Source: Harriotta raleighana (lineage: Eukaryota). Taken from it: DNA of 64,000 nt. Numbering within the stretch: position 1 is the stretch's first letter; every line of letters starts with the position of its first letter. The DNA is taken from NCBI GenBank assembly GCA_050575255.1, contig JBNZDD010013629.1:722877-786876 (forward strand). The letters are read 5' to 3'. The position numbers were made by a program, and so were the translations under genes. The notes under the pieces were generated by a model. The model saw only the letters and a program-made list of their open reading frames with translations. It searched no databases and was not told where the DNA came from. Of this stretch, positions 1 through 13,489 are shown in pieces.

Positions 1-3000
1 TTGAAAAGTGCTTTATCAAGAGCAAGGCATTATTTATTGGATGATGTCTGTGAAGGCAATCTACCAGAGAGAATCACAGGAAAGTCCCAATGTCAAATGC
101 AATGATTATTTTTGCTACTGTATTATTATGATTATTAACTAACGATGTTCTACAAATGGTTTATCAATAGAAATATCAATGTCAAACAAACTTCTAGAGC
201 GTATTCTAACTCAGTTTAGCTGGTGATATCTCCGCTTTAGCTCAAGATATCTCCGGGTTTACTGCAATATGCAGTGACTGTGTATTTTGTAAACAAAATG
301 CACACATCAATGGCCCACAGAACAGCTACGAACCCAATTTTCTTCGGCCGATTGTTGGCCGTGGTATCAGGAGAATTATTTTGTTCCGGTTCTCACACTC
401 CTGCCCAAATCAATCGCCTTTGTTTCACTGTCGGACTCACAGCGTCCACTGTACCACTCGATCTTCGATGCTGTTTCCAGTCAAGCCAGGAGGCTGGAGC
501 TCTCCGAGCGAAACACGATCCTTTGTGGATTGCCTTGGACAAATCGTCTGTCTTGAGGCTCGTGACTGCATCGGCAGTGAGTGACAAGCTTGCGACGTAC
601 AAACATGGATTTATGTGGGATTTCTGGATTCGATTATACTTTAACTAGCCAACACTCGAGTGGGCTAAATTCAACTTTACGGACTGCTGGCATGTCCAGA
701 GAGATTCCATTCTCCCCTGTCCAGCCATTGACTTTAATGAGGCTGAAACAAACAGTCAAAGCTCGGCTTCCACTCGTACGTTTGGCGCCGAAACGCCATC
801 GCTTTGGCAGAGGTTCAGTGGCAATCACATAGCATCAATGGGGCTCGAATCACGTTTGACCAGACTCCAGAGATGGTTTGGAGACGGCAGCGACTGGGGA
901 GATGCACTTCAGCGCCTTGAGACGTCCTCTCGTAATGAAAGGCGCTACTTCACAAGTGTCATTTTAGTTGTTGCTGTTTATATTCGTGGGTGTAAACTTC
1001 ACGCGTTTTGAAATTCAACTGGGTTCACCCCTTCACTCTCCGTTTCAAAGCTTTCAAGGAGGTCCCTTATCACAGCGGCGAGTCGTCTCAACGTCCCAAA
1101 GCGCTTCACACGATGTACTGTGAAGTGGCGTGACTGTGTGAATTCACGGTCTGTATTAGGTTCTGCATTGTTTATCAGACCAAAAAAAATCGACCATTAT
1201 ACAGCCCCAAACCTTTACCCTTGCCAAGTAAATGAAAACCCCATATGGTTAGTAGAAGGAATAGCGTAACTAATTCTTTCAAGACTAAGTAAAGAAGAAT
1301 GAGGTCAGCTCCCAGGTAATGAAACTTCCACTGAAATTTTTAAGTGCAACATATTCCGTTTTTAATTTAACCTCAACCCATACCCCACTCCCCCATTCCA
1401 TAGAAGTCTAATTCATATTAAGTAACAGAGATGTGAGTAACTGCATGAATACTCAACTCTCCAACAGTACTGGGGGTGGGGGTGGAGAGGTGGGCATAGG
1501 GTTGTTGAAAGCACTATTCTTCAACAACAAAATTACATTGATAGAGCGCCTTTCCCGACTTGCCTGTTCAGCGTCTTGGGACGTCCTCCACGTGAAAGGT
1601 GCTCTTTAAATGTGATTCTGTTGTTGTTGTTGTTGATGTTGGGAGGACATCCCAAGGCGCTGGGACGTTGAAGATGTACACTAAACATCCCATGGCACCA
1701 TTTGAAAAGAGAAGGGGATTACTCGATTACATTGAGACGTCTCAAACATGTGATAAGACGTCGGATTAAATGCAAGGATTGTTATTAGTGGTAGGATTAC
1801 AATTTGAGCCCTTAAAATTGCTGGTTTGGCTCCAAAAAGGCATTCTAAGTGTGATATTTTGCATGCTTCCAAGTGGCAACTTTTGAAATTGTACACATAT
1901 GGATGCCTGTCATCAAGTCCACAACACTTAGAAGCGAGTGTAATTAATATCTTACCCTTTCTGTCAAACTTTCCGCCCTTTAATATGACATCTGGAAAGA
2001 TGGTCTTAATGACACTGAATGGGAACCATTGGCTGACAGGCAATGTTCTTATTCATCATTTCACTGGGATGGAAAGTCTTGTCTCAAACAGTTGATTTCT
2101 TCGCAAAATGCCTGTTCTTCAGTCTGCAGTTTAAGGCCTGAAAATAAACCAACAAATGGTATCTGAGAGAAGGCGTAACACGATTGACCACAGTCGTTTT
2201 CTAAGCGTCTATCGTCAAAAGTTGACGATTGAACAGCAATTAAAATATCTCAAGCACACCAGTTCCCATAAAAATTCTACAGTTATGTGAAAATTTAATG
2301 AAATACACCTTTCCTTTAAGCATATCCCAAGGATTTGAGGTTAATCTCTTGATTGAGGAGGATTGTGTTTGATCTGTCACAGACCACAAGATGCTTAATT
2401 GAAAGCTTCTTTGTAGTTGGATCTGGTGTGGTGATGAAACGCATGAGAGACCTTTTTCAGATAACCTCTCAACTCTCGGACATGTGTTCTGACCAGTGTT
2501 TAGGTCAGGGCGCTATCGCCTATTGGCTCTTTTCTCTTCCTGAAGCGTGTTCATAAATCGAGAGTATTGTGAAACGGGGCAGTCTCACCAAGCACATCAA
2601 TGAAGACAAGCTGTTCTGCTAATAGCTCGCCATTGTCCCCTTGTGGCTGTGCAGCCTGGGATCCTGTCTCCCTCGAGTTACAATGACAAGAGATGAATCT
2701 TATTGGGTGATGCTCCTTTGAATCTGTTTTTATGGAGGGAGGGTTCAGGAATTTGGCAAATTGAAGAGTCGTAAAATTAGAGGCGTTTTTCTGTCAACGC
2801 AGGCTGGCATCAGCTGATCACAAACGTCAACAAGACCCTGGAGAATTAACTTGACCTGTCATGCATTGAGGAACAGTACTACCCATTCGTGCATCGCGAA
2901 ACAGAAAGGAAGAGGTAGTGAAGACTGCTCCCAAGAAAAAAACGTTTCCAACCAGGACTGTCTGCCAGTTGGGGCTTGAGGAAATGTCTTTCCATCTCAG

Positions 3001-5339
3001 TGTTTCTGGGATAGGTGTGGCCCTAATTGGCTTGATTTCCTAAGAGCCAGTTGATTCCCAACAGGAACAAATCGCTCCAGTGTGTAGTTCCTCGTGACAC
3101 TTTAAGCTCTGAGTGACTCAGGCACCTGTGCAATGTGCAATATGCAGTGTTCGTGCCCATTAAACTGAATGTATAAAGTTATTTACTTGTAAATATCATT
3201 AAGAAGAAGAAAGGTACCATTTCTAACATATAATTCCAGAAAAAGAAAGGGCAAGATGGACGGATTGAGACAAGGAATATTCAGGAGGGCGCAGGGTCTG
3301 AAAACACAGTTGCCAATGGTGGAGCGGAGGCCATGAAGGACATGTAGAAGACTTAAGCCAACTGAGTGAAGAAGACTGGTTGTGGAGTGGGGTGTGAGCA
3401 GATTAAAGAAGTGGGTCTTGTGCCAGGACATACAAGTGAGAAACTACAAAGTACAGCACTGATGAATTTCAGAAAAAAAAAACGCCTGTTCATTTATTGG
3501 ATTAATTCACAAAATAATCAATCCAAAATTCGAGAATGACATTTTTTTTCCACTCGAGAAAAAAATATGTGTTTAACAAAGCAAAACTTTTTTGGGGGGG
3601 AAAAACTTTTCATCGAGCCATCATCCCCACTTATTTGCACCTGTAGAAAATTAAAAGCAGCCACAATTTTGAGGTTGAAATAAATAAACCACAAGGAATT
3701 TTTATTCCCTTAATTTGCTCCAACTATATGTGTTTTCCCCAGTAGAGAACGTGCACAGAATTGTGCATTCCTTGAGGCTGCAAAAAAAAAAAAAAAAACA
3801 CTTGAAGCAAACCCACAGGACTGCAACCCTGGTTAACCTCAAAGAACAACGGACATGCACAGTTCTCTAATTAATCATCTTTTGCATAAACATCACTGAA
3901 ATAACAGGGAACACCTGGAGACTGATTAACTCTCGCTTTGGCACTTGAAGCGCTGGCCATTTGTGTATATGTGCGCGTGGGTTGCAAACGAGACGACAAC
4001 GAAAGAAACGGATGATATTTTCTGCGAACAATCGCCAGGTTGCTGTTCGATTCGAGGTACGGAGTTGTCATATTGCTTACATTTGTTCTGTGAGCCTTTT
4101 AATGAAGTTGTGGTGTTATTTGCTTTAATGGATTGCATCTGTTTCACATTTATCTCATTCATAGAGTGCCAGACAGAAATAGCATTTCATTAATCACCCC
4201 TCCAAAATGTTGTCAGACCAGTAGCTATAGTGCTGGAGCCCTGGATTTGCAATTAGGAAAACTAAGTTGAAATCTCAGTCCTGACTGACATTCACACTTT
4301 GGCTTGACCTACCTCCATAGTCTAATGTTTCCACCATTTCAGCTCTGTCAATCGGGAACGGAGGGAAGTCTGTCTGGGTCACACAACCCAACCAATTCAA
4401 GTGTGTGTTTTGGTGGATTGACCAGATAGTGGCATTAATGCTACATTTATCAATAATAATAATCATCAATAATCCTTGCACTTCGAGACGTCTCAAACCA
4501 TTTCACAGAATATACTGCAAAGTGAATCGAGCGCATGTTTTGGAAATGAAATGCGTTACCCAATTGCGTGTAGCAGCGTCCCACAAACAGTCATGCATGG
4601 AAGTGACCAATGTTTTATTTTTTTTAAAGGTACCTTGGAAGTACAGTAACAAAAATAATCTTTGCATTTGATAAATTCTTAAGAGGTCTGAAAGCATTTC
4701 ACAGGATTTTGCTATCGAGAGTAGTGACTATGTATTTTGTAGATGAACGCAAAGGACAATTTACACTCAGCAATGTTGCACAGACAGCCATGAAGTGAAT
4801 GACCAGGTTTACCTGGGAGATTGTTAGTCAGGAAATGATATTACCTGTGTTTCCTGCAAATGTGCATCATACAAGATGCAATATTCTAATATAATTCAGG
4901 TGAATATTTCTCAAAATTTAGCTGCAGAACTATATCTGCTTAAGAATAGTTGGGAACATTTAATATGTCATTCTACTTGGAAAACTTGGGGGAAAAAAAC
5001 TACAAGAAATAAAGAATAAGTCAAATATGTTTGGATCCCACCAAAACATACCTCCCAATGCTGTTTAGTGAAGGAATTTGTTTTCCTCCACCTTTGCGCA
5101 ACACTAGTTGCTTTAGTTTAATCAACTTCTTGTTCGAGAACTGAGGTGAACGTGGAATATTTGCTGATCGTAAGTGATCCCGAGAGGAACTAAGGTTGAG
5201 TAACAGCACATAGATTACATTGGAGCAGAAAATCAATTGCTCTTAAACAAATCTGATGTAAAGGCTGATATGTGATATTCGACTTGTTACTGATCAACCC
5301 TTGAAGAAGGAGGAATCAGGAAATGAAGGATTAAAAATA

Positions 5340-6034
5340 CAGGCAGTCCTCAAGTTACGTCAGGGTTAGGTTCCTAAGATGTGGTGTAAGTCGAATTTGT
5401 ATGTAAGTCGAGTCACCCCCCTATAATGCTTACAGTAACATACAGTGATTGGTTGTAGTGTATAGTGAGCTGCCCTCTCTCCCCTGCACCCCTCCTAATA
5501 TGTACAGTGCTGTAAATAAAATAAAATATTACTATGTACTTACATGGCTTCATAGTGAGTCTGGCACTCGATGTAGCGTAACACAGGAGATCACACGCGA
5601 CGTAGCTCAACGCAGGAGATCACACGCGATGTAGCGCAATGCAGATCACATGCAACATAGCGCAACGCAGGAGATCACGTGTGACGTAGCGCAACACAGA
5701 TCATGCGTGATGTAGCGCAACGCAGATCACACGTGATGTAGCGCAGTCTAAAGGCTGGAGAGTACTGTCCCGCCGAGCTCACAGCCTCACACAGTTCCTG
5801 TACAGTACACACTCGCGTCTCGCCTCCATCCTGTTCCTGAACGCGTATCGTGGTCCCGTAAGTGTTGAGAGCGGCGACTCCAGTTTTCTATCGCGCGTGG
5901 GGCAACTAAAGTATTTACATAGTAGTGTCGTAACTTCGAGAACTTGGATGTAACTCGGACGTAATTTTACTGATTTTAAGTGTCGTAACTTCGAATTGTC
6001 GTACCTCGAAACGTCGTAACTAGAGGACTGCCTG
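5340..6034. mobile_element. Non-autonomous Tc1/mariner (pogo/Tigger-like) element
   Basis: Terminal inverted repeats CAGGCAGTCCTCAAGTTACGTC and GTCGTAACTAGAGGACTGCCTG (22 bp, 2 mismatches), TA on both flanks, repeated subterminal GTCGTAACTTCGA motifs, no transposase ORF. Confidence 0.85.
5570..5746 (+). repeat. Minisatellite of 26-29 bp units inside the MITE
   Basis: About 6.5 copies of GATGTAGCGCAACGCA(GGA)GATCACACGC. Confidence 0.85.
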
Positions 6035-7131
6035 TATATGCAATTGCTGATTGTGTTTTCTGGCATTTTAGGATAATAATAACCAACTAATTATTGTTTT
6101 GAGGGATTAATATCAGGCATGTGGAGTAAGGAAACTTGCCCAGGGATTATGGGGATTATAACAACTGTATTGACAAATCAGTGAGGTTACCTTCAACCCC
6201 CGGCCTTGAAGGAGGGAAGTGAGGAAGCAAGGAAGAGGGACTGTGAGATGGAGTTCCAAAATGTGGGGGCAGAGAGGCTGAAAGCCCGGCCACCAATGGT
6301 GGATTTTTGCCCACAAAAATATAGTCAGTTCACTTTACAGTATATTCTGTGAGGTGCTTTGAAACGTCTCGAAGGCGTGATAAGGCGCCATATCAAATGC
6401 AAAGATTATTATCATGATGTATTTAAGAATTAATGCACTATTGAATTTGCTCCATTATATCAGCTCAATTAAATATATATTTTTTAAATTCAAAGTTTGT
6501 TTCCAATGCTATTAAGGAGTAGTCTTACTATTCTGGCAAACGCACTCTGAATTCGAGCGATATAATATAAAATAATAATAACCATTGCATTTGATCTAAC
6601 ACCTTATCGTGTCGTTGAGATGTCTTAAAGCACTTTAAAGGATATAGTGTTAAGTGGATTCACTATATATTTTATAGGTAAAACGCAGTCGTCAGTTTGT
6701 GCACAGCAATGTCCCACAAGCAGCCAATGGAAGTGAGTGACCGATTTTTGGGGGGGAACTTGCGAAAGAGCAATAAACAGAGATCAAAGGCAAGGTTCCA
6801 TGCTCCGACAAGCTCCTATTGTTTTCATTGGGGGGAAGAAAAATATGGTGGTCTCTTGGAGAAAATGTCCCAGATGTGCACAAGCTGAGAGAGTTGGGCA
6901 AGCTGCAGTGAACCTAATGTGTTCACGAGGACTTGAATGTCAAGAGAAGCTATTGTCGTAATGGTTCACTAGAGGTAGTAGTTGCTAACGTCGTTTTTTT
7001 TAAATGGAGCCCATCAATGCACAATGTTCTCCGATTCTGTAGAGCTTCAAATAGGCAATTAACATGTTAAATATGTCAAAAATACACCTGAACAGATAGT
7101 TGGGGTCTTGTTTTAACCATGCTATTCATTT

Positions 7132-7525
7132 GGAGTCCTGTAGCTCAGTGGTTAGAGCACTCATCGCCTTGCAAGCGAAGGGTCTTGGGTTCAATACTAC
7201 AGCAGGGTAAAACTTTGAACAAGTTTCCTTACTCCGAAAATAATCCCCCTCCCCAAAAAACATGAATAAATGTGTCACTTCAGTCCACGACTGTGTGTGA
7301 GGCACTTTTGTGCACAATTGGCTGCCGCGTTTCGCCCACAAAATATAATAGAATATAATAATAGAATAATAATCCTTGCATTTGATGTCGCGCTTTTCAC
7401 ATCTTATCAACGTCACAAAGCGCTTTTGATATACAGTCAATTCAACTCACAGTATATTCTGTGAAGCGCTTTGAGACGTCTAGAAGACATGAAAAGCGCC
7501 GTATCGCATGCAAGCGTTATTATTA
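7132..7525 (+). mobile_element. tRNA-derived SINE, interrupted by an antisense tail fragment
   Basis: A box TAGCTCAGTGG, B box GGTTCAA, body gtgcacaattggctgccgcgtttcgccc, tail aagcgctttgagacgtc...aaaagcgcc. Confidence 0.85.
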
Positions 7526-8874
7526 TGTACAACCCAGTGTTGGAACGACACCTCTAGTGAACCATTACGATTTCTCCATCGCTTGGTCTATGTGACCCAC
7601 CAAGAGAAGATTGCTAAAGCATTGCTTGGCACAGCTCTACACTGTGGCTTCTGTCCACTGGGAACTGAACTGACTGTCAGAAGATATTCAGCTTGTAATC
7701 CGTAGAATTTGGCAAGCGACGGAGACTGTAATCAACTATGATTCAACCAGATTTGGATCTGACTCCCAGAGTTGAATGAAGAGCATCATGGTACAGCAGG
7801 AGTCTTATTGGGAATACCTTATTACTGGATAAATCTGACCCTATATGAGAATGCTTCTTTTAACAAAGAGCACTGGAAATAGGCAATAATTCCAATTGGC
7901 ATCCAGTGTCTACCTGAAAGGCTACAGTTGTATCTTTACCAGCAAGGGGTTAAAATTCATTGAAAACAGTCCATGATTCAATATCTGCCCAATCATTAAC
8001 TGCATTTTGTTTTGCTTAGAAAACATTGGATCAGATGCATTGCGGCTTCTGAACCATGTCTAGAAAACCACAATCTTGGTTTCCAATATTCCTCGTAAGG
8101 GGAGAATTTTCCATTACAGTACATGCCGAACAAATCCCAAGTCAAATGCTTCCATTAAACAAACACGCCCATTAATGTTTGATCTGAATCCCGGGGTTCA
8201 ACGAACAGCATCACAAGGAGGTTTATTGAGATAGACTGACAACTATCCATAGCTTCAACCCAGCACTGACTGTCCAGTGGCTTGGAACGTCCTCTGGACG
8301 CGAAAGACGCTGTGTTAATGTAATCTTGTATTGTATTAATAGGACACCTATTACCTAGTAACTCATAGCTCGGATGTTGTGATGGTCTCGTTCACATAGT
8401 TTACTCCTGGGATAACTCATAGTTTTATCAACAGCCACCAATTAATCAAGCCAAGGATTTTGCAGCGAACTTGATAGAAACTCGAACTTTGAAATGAGAA
8501 GAATTTATCAATAGATAGGTTCTTGGCACAATGATTCATGTGTAGAAATGTTGAGAGCCTCTGTTGCATAAGTGTGGTTTTCTCTAATTTTATTACAAAT
8601 CGCCGTATTTGCCAAGGCTAAGACCCATCATTTTGTTCAAAGAAATTGCTGATCGCAGTTTTTTTTTTTTTTTTGTGCAGCACAAACAATTTTGGTTTCA
8701 AAGCTGATAAGAAGAATATGTTTTGCATGAATAATACCACTGCTATTTCAGGACATCAATATATTGATTTAATGCTGCAATTTAAAAAAATAGTTTTCTC
8801 CGCACGAGTCCAGAGCTCCGTATTTTAAGATTTGTTTTCGCTAATGACTTATCTGTTTTGCTGATAGACATTAG

Positions 8875-9415
8875 CCTGGCTCATTTGCCAGCGCTCTTGC
8901 CTTTTTGTCAGAAGGATGTGGGGGTTTAAGCTGCCTCACACTCTGGGGCTTTGATCCTGGTGACAAACAAATGTTAAGCAGAACGCTCAACTGTGTGAGG
9001 TAGTGTCCTTTGGATGGGACATTACTCCGAGGTCTTGGTCTGCCTCTACTTATTCAGATGGACTTTGATGATCCCTCAGGCGGATGTCCCAAAGCGCTTC
9101 ACAGGATTTACTGTGAAGTGGAGTGACTGTGCATTTTTGGGTGAATCCGACAGCCACAAACAGCCGTGATTTGTGAGGAAGTGCTGGCCAGGACACTCTT
9201 GTCTAATAGTGCCACGGGATCTTTAACATCCATGTGAACAAGCAAACAGGAAATCCACTTAACGTCTCATCCGAAAGATGGCACTTCCAGCAATGAAACA
9301 CCCCCCAGCACGACACTGAGCATCAGCTTAGACGGTGTGATTTCAAGTCCCGAACGAAGGGCTTGAATCCACAATCTTCTGTCTCAGAGGTGGGAATGCT
9401 ACACCAGGCTACGTT
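8875..9415. mobile_element. Two old DeuSINE-like copies in opposite orientation (plus ~8875-9075, minus ~9080-9415)
   Basis: Minus copy shows gtgccatctttcggatgagacgttaa...gttaaagatcccgtggcactatt, the Deu-domain core known from SacSINE1/AmnSINE1-type elements. The plus copy is more degenerate. Confidence 0.7.
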
Positions 9416-11865
9416 TACGCTAGGCTGGTACTGTACACTGTAACACGTTATCAATGCCTTATCAAATGCAAGTATTGCAAGTTTCCCTCTCACAAAAAAA
9501 ACAACTGTGGATTGCGATTTTGGACCATTGCTCTCTTCTGCTCAAAGAACCCAATCTACCAGCTGGAGTTAAAACCAATGTGTGTGTGTGTATATATAAA
9601 ATACTATCTCTAAATAACCTTTTCAAAGTCTAATGTAGCATTTCAGTAACACTTTGGAGCATGGCAGATGTTTGAAAGCTCTTCCAAATATATGGGAGAG
9701 AAATTTCGTCTCTCAGACGCTCTGAGTTGTGGATCTCCCTCCTGAGACAGAGAGACAAAAAAAAACAACTTTATCCATTTGGAAGCAGAAAATTATACCT
9801 TTTGCAGTTCTAAAAAGCCATAAAGAAGACTGGCTTATATGGATTTAGAGAATTCCTTCAACTGAACGGTTGAATTAATCAAGTGAAAGACAGAAACGCG
9901 AGAGGAAAAAGTGAATGAGTCAATGTAAACTACATTGCAAAACTGCCACACTCTGACAGAAGTCAAACTACTTATAGTTTTTTTTTGTTTTCTCCAGATA
10001 AGTTACATACAGAACAATTCCTACTACAGTTCCTGATCTACAGTGACCAAAATCCATCAGTCCGACAATCGCTCGGTAAATCTGACTAAAAATATTGATT
10101 GGAGGAACATCTGCCCATCAAAGTCATATTAAATCATTTCCAGTGGTCACCACTACAATGTACAGTAGTGCTCTGATTTTTTTCCCCCTCACTTTTACAG
10201 TACTGTGTTTTTGGCAGATGGAAAATAACTAGGTCAACAAGTCCATTTGTTCATCAAATGCACCACATACTAGATGGAAAATTTCCTCCAACACTCGAGA
10301 CAGACTTTGCAGAACCAGAGAGTTGGCATACCTTGTTTCCCTCTGAAGGATACAAGCAACAACAAACTACATGTGCACAGTGCGGACGTAAAGGGCAGGA
10401 AGAATAGGGGGGTGGGTAGGGTGGGAGTGTGTGGCTGAAAGTGGAAGTCTTGAGATGGGCCTTGAAGAAGGTGGGAGGGGATGAAATGGGAGGATCTAGT
10501 GGGTGGCAGCAGAAAAGATGAAGTCCTGACCGCCAATGGTGGGGGGGCAGGGGATGGGGAGGTGGGTAGATGGTGGTGGTGTGTGTGTGTGTGTGTGTGT
10601 GTTTGTGTGTGTGGGTGGGTCATGGATCAATTCAGTGCCCACAGCACAGAGGGAGCGGGAAGGTTGACACAGGGAGGAATGAGGCCATGGAAACCATGAA
10701 TGAAACTTTTAACCTGCTGAGGAACTGTTTGCGGAAATTTGCACATCCCCTGAGCTGCCAAGAGATGCACAGGCTGTCCTCGGGTGCTGATACGAAAACA
10801 ACACAGCACGTTGATAATAACAAACAAAAGATGACATCCTCGATGGGAGTAAATGGGCATCAGCATGTGTTTGCTGGTGTGAAAGATGCTTGAGTGGCTG
10901 GAGCAGCAATTGCGAGGGAGTTACGATCTAGTCCTCGGGCCACGTACGAGAAAAGTGCTTATAAATCACTGTCCGTGTTGTTGTCCGTTGGGTTTATTCT
11001 GTAATTATTAATGATTCCGAAGAATCCTGGCCCCATGTCAGATGATGTCTGTAGTTGGGAGATGGAATGCCAGAGTGATCCTGAAGGGATCCCGAATAAG
11101 TACGACGATAAAACCCATGTTAGTTTGTCTCTGTTGCTGCTCGAATGTTTGTCTTGGGGCTGGCAGATGTTCCAATCTGATGAATAAATGCTACGATCGA
11201 TGAGATAGGATTCACGTGTCTGCATGTGGGAGCGACTGGATAGCTCGGGAGGAGGTCGAGGAAAGCTTTTCCAACCATCTTTGCCTTTGGCGAAGAGCCT
11301 TGAAATGGCAAATGGCTTCCAAGTGCTTCAAAGGGGGCAGTTGCTGGCCAGTCTAGTGACTGTGTTTGCGGGCAAATCTGCACACATTCTGGCTGCGAGC
11401 TCCACATCCTCCCCGCATTCCCAAATCAGTCTTGATAAGGAGAACCGATTAGATGATAAAACATCATCTAAACTAAGCTCGACTCCTGATGTGGTCAACA
11501 AACTTAACCGGGTAATTTAATCCATCTCAAAGGTTAGTTGACTTCAAACTTTGTGCTGAGCTGCCTCGGAGCTGTAAAGGGATATTATTTTAATTGGAAC
11601 CGAACGAAAAAGAACCGGGAAAACATAACGAATGCGTTGGTTGAGGGCAGCCCCCTTTCCCTCCTTAATTTGGCATTAAAATCGATTGCTATAAAATTGG
11701 ATTTTCACCGAACTGGGGTGGGGGGGGGGGGAGCGATTAAGGGGTAAGGAAACGCGACACTAGCCTCACGCACTGCACACCTCATGTCTCGTTCAACAAG
11801 TGCCAGACAATTCAAGATGTTTTATTCTCAGTGATCAGCCTTCTCGCCTCTATTCATCATATTGT

Positions 11866-12230
11866 GGAGCTCCCGTGGCTCAGTGGTTAGAGCACTTGTC
11901 TTATAAGCATGAGACCTGTGTTCCAATCCCGGCAGATCAGGGCGAAAACCTTGGGCAAGTTTCCTTACTCCACACACACACACACACACACACAAGCCTA
12001 ATAATAATCCCTCCAAAAATACAACAATAATAAAATTGGTCATTTCAATCCATGACTGTTTGTGGGGGGGGGGGAGGGGACGCTGCTGTGCGCAATTGGC
12101 TGCCGCATTGTGCCCAGAAATATAGTCAATTCACTTTACAGTATATTCTGTGAAGTGCTTCGGGACGTCGATAAGATGTGAAAAGCGCTATATCAAATGC
12201 AAGGATTATTATTAGTATTATTATTATTGT
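11866..12230 (+). mobile_element. tRNA-derived SINE, full length
   Basis: GGCTCAGTGGTTAGAGC...GTTCCAATCCC head, Deu-like body, L2-like stem-loop tail and (TTA)n. Confidence 0.9.
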
Positions 12231-13489
12231 TGTCTCTCACTCTCTGGCAGTACATTCTGGGAATTCTGTTCTCACCTCCCTTCAGCTGTTTCTTTCAGTG
12301 GCGTTTGACTAGTCTGGAATGCTTCCCCCTCCCCCCCCCCCCATCCTATAAATTCCCCGTTGAACATCTCGTTAATTCCTGTGGAGAACAAATCCAACCT
12401 GCTGGTCAAAGGGGAACTTCATAGGAATTCAATTATCCCATTTTTTTTCTCGTCTCGCTTGTGCTGGATCCAAAGTGCTGGACAATTAGCATCACTGGCG
12501 AGAGCAATGTGCGTGGTTTACATAATCCTTGCATTCGTGTCAGCATTTTTCACGTCGAGAGGATGCATCAAAGTGCTTCACAGGATTTACTTGTGAAGCG
12601 TGTAGTGGCTGTGTATTTTGTAGGCCATTGTTTATTTTATTATCCTTCTCTCTACTGCCTCAAGAGCTAAGACTGCCCCCTGTAATGTTCAAGCATCTAT
12701 ACCAACAACATTTGCAATTGTAATAGCACTTAATAATAGTAATCACTGTGGCATTCGATATAGCTCTTTTCAAGTGTTTTAAACATCTCAAAGCACTTCA
12801 CAGAAAATATACTGTAATGTATCTTGAGCGTATACTTGTGGGCGAAACGTAGGAGGCGCTTACACGAGTGTAGTCTGTGTGAGGGATGCTTACACTTTAG
12901 CGTTTAGACGTCGTGAATTGAACAACAACCTTATTTGGGTCACTCGTGCAGTTGTGCTATTGAATACAATCATTCCCGTTCAACTGCCTTCACATCTGCG
13001 TGATTTATTCAGGTCAGCGGATAAATCACTTCCTCTTCCCAGAAGAGCCTGTTAATGTTCTTCAAACGGTGTATTTTAATCATCGTCTCAGCGCCTGTTT
13101 ACATGTCTCTGTCACACACATTGGTTCAGCAAATCTAAATATATTTGGAAGGTTTCAGCAGACCCTCTCGGGGAGGCTGGTATGCCTGGATTTCTTTAAA
13201 AGGAACTTTAATGCAAGGCTAAACGCAGTGAGTGATGTGTGTTTTCCCTTGCGCTTTCTTTATTGGTCTTTGTTAATCACAATATCCCTGTCAGTTCAGT
13301 GTATGTCAGGCTTTCTCAGCTCTTAGCACCCTCTCCTCTGAGCTAGAACCTGTTGCTTTGTGGATTCAACGATAATATATTAATCCCTGCCTGGTCACAT
13401 CTTCGAGATGACTCGAAGCATTTCACAGAATGCACTATTGTATATTAATTATTTTGTAGATTCTGTAGATTCAAGCCAAGTCGTGACTT

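Noticed and set aside
274-1011. Long plus-strand frame (124 aa, one TAG, then about 120 more codons)
   Set aside because: It starts in a SINE remnant and ends in an L2 tail, with no recognisable domain or splice structure; likely chance.
5570-5746. Regularly spaced ~28-bp repeats that look superficially like a CRISPR array
   Set aside because: Units are contiguous with no unique spacers, there are no cas genes, the context is vertebrate, and the array sits inside a MITE.
7132-7205. tRNA-like sequences with A and B boxes (also near 11866, 39890, 49309, 59623, 63127)
   Set aside because: They are SINE heads that run directly into the SINE body; no intact cloverleaf or acceptor stem is evident.
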